Source of the DNA: an uncultured delta proteobacterium
GTDB taxonomy: Bacteria > Myxococcota_A > Polyangia > Haliangiales > Haliangiaceae
Length of the DNA: 64,000 bases
Reading direction: 5' to 3'
Assembly (NCBI GenBank): GCA_963848295.1
Contig: CAWKDB010000010.1
Coordinates: 1,856,001 to 1,920,000, forward strand
Shown: positions 63,175 to 64,000 of the stretch, one piece after another
How positions within the stretch are numbered: position 1 is the first letter of the stretch
Layout: the number at the start of each line of letters is the position of its first letter
Position numbers and translations under genes: made by a program
Notes under the pieces: model-generated
What the model saw: only the letters and a program-made list of their open reading frames with translations
Databases searched by the model: none
Told to the model about the DNA's origin: nothing

Positions 63175-63190
63175 TGCACCCGGCGTGCCT
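63175..63190 (-). promoter_or_regulatory. sigma54 promoter (nitroreductase)
   Basis: AGGCACGCCGGGTGCA; ATG 63162 at 14 nt. Confidence 0.8.
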
Positions 63191-63336
63191 CATCGGCGCG
63201 CGATGCACCTAGTGAATTTTCAGCAGCGCGTGCGCGAGCTCGCGAGGCGTCAAGTGGCGCGACACGAGTGTCACGGTACGACGAAAGACTGAGGCGAGGG
63301 ACGAGCCAACCCCGCGCGACCAATCGCGGCGTGCGA

Positions 63337-63352
63337 TGGCATTCTCCTTGCT
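63337..63352 (+). promoter_or_regulatory. sigma54 promoter (lipoprotein)
   Basis: TGGCATTCTCCTTGCT; ATG 63365 at 14 nt. Confidence 0.85.
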
Positions 63353-63364
63353 GCCCGACGGCGC

Positions 63365-63718
63365 ATGAGGATCATCGCGGTCGTGCTCGCAGCGATCGGT
63401 TGCACGTCGCCCGCGCCGGACTATCCAAACTGTCCCGATACGCCGCCGCCGGCCTCGTGTCCGGGGATGTTCCCATGCGGCGCTGGTGGTCTGTTCTGCG
63501 ACGAGACCACGCAGTTCTGCGATCTCACCGCGGCGCCGAGGTGTGTGATCGCCAGCCTGAGCTCGGGCGAAGCGTGCCTGAGCAACGGCGACGTATCGCG
63601 CGTGATAGCGAGCACGCAGGAATGCGATGACTCCGGCGGCGGGCCGTCCGGGCCCTTCACCGACCCGGTGTGCTCGCGCGCGCAAGGCGGCATCGAGGTG
63701 TACTGCAACGGACCGTAA
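63365..63718 (+). CDS. Small Cys-rich lipoprotein
   Basis: Lipobox AIGC followed by about 10 Cys in 117 aa. Confidence 0.75.
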   Translation: MRIIAVVLAAIGCTSPAPDYPNCPDTPPPASCPGMFPCGAGGLFCDETTQFCDLTAAPRCVIASLSSGEACLSNGDVSRVIASTQECDDSGGGPSGPFTDPVCSRAQGGIEVYCNGP

Positions 63719-64000
63719 TCAGGAGTTGCACTTCGACTGTTGCTGCGCTTGAATGCGACCGGCTCGACGATCTGCGTCAGTCGCCCAGTGCGGACCGTCG
63801 ACAGCTCCTTAGCTCGGCGGGCGGCCCGCAGCGTTTCGCCGCCGTCAGGCATGCAGCTAGCGCGGGCGACAGGCGAGCGCGAGCGTCGCACACGAAACGG
63901 AGACCCCGACGGCCGGTCCGGGCGAGCCGGTCGCCGGCACGAAGTCACGCTCGTCGATGTCGACACACGCCCAGTCCGTGCCTGCCCGTCGCAGTCGCAC

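Overview
GC-rich bacterial DNA; the gene families and Cys-rich lipoproteins suggest Myxococcota (inference). Bases 1-4.9 kb hold a DUF1801 fragment and a small oxidoreductase cluster (BVMO, SDR, MDR). From about 4.9 kb to the end lies an approximately 59 kb stress/low-oxygen island. It encodes USP, CBS and BON proteins, KatG, LigA-PolX, a PCM-erythromycin esterase fusion, a single-ORF GAPDH-PGK fusion, PFK, PFOR plus a DHOD-like protein, PEP synthase, glycogen phosphorylase and debranching enzyme, a complete N-ATPase operon whose atpA is split by a compact IS, a site-2 protease, nitroreductases, an Mla/Mce transporter, a Ser/Thr kinase and three paralogous diheme lipoprotein cytochromes. The main unannotated signal is regulatory. 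I count 27 sigma54 (-24/-12) promoters in front of nearly every transcription unit of the island. In 16 of them the start codon begins exactly 14 nt after the -12 C (15 nt in 3 more), which implies leaderless or near-leaderless sigma54 mRNAs. Many are accompanied by a palindrome CGCA-N5-TGCG, often paired at 29-30 bp spacing and only 20-34 bp from the promoter. No activator gene is in the window. Several gene remnants indicate ongoing decay. All motif counts were made by eye.
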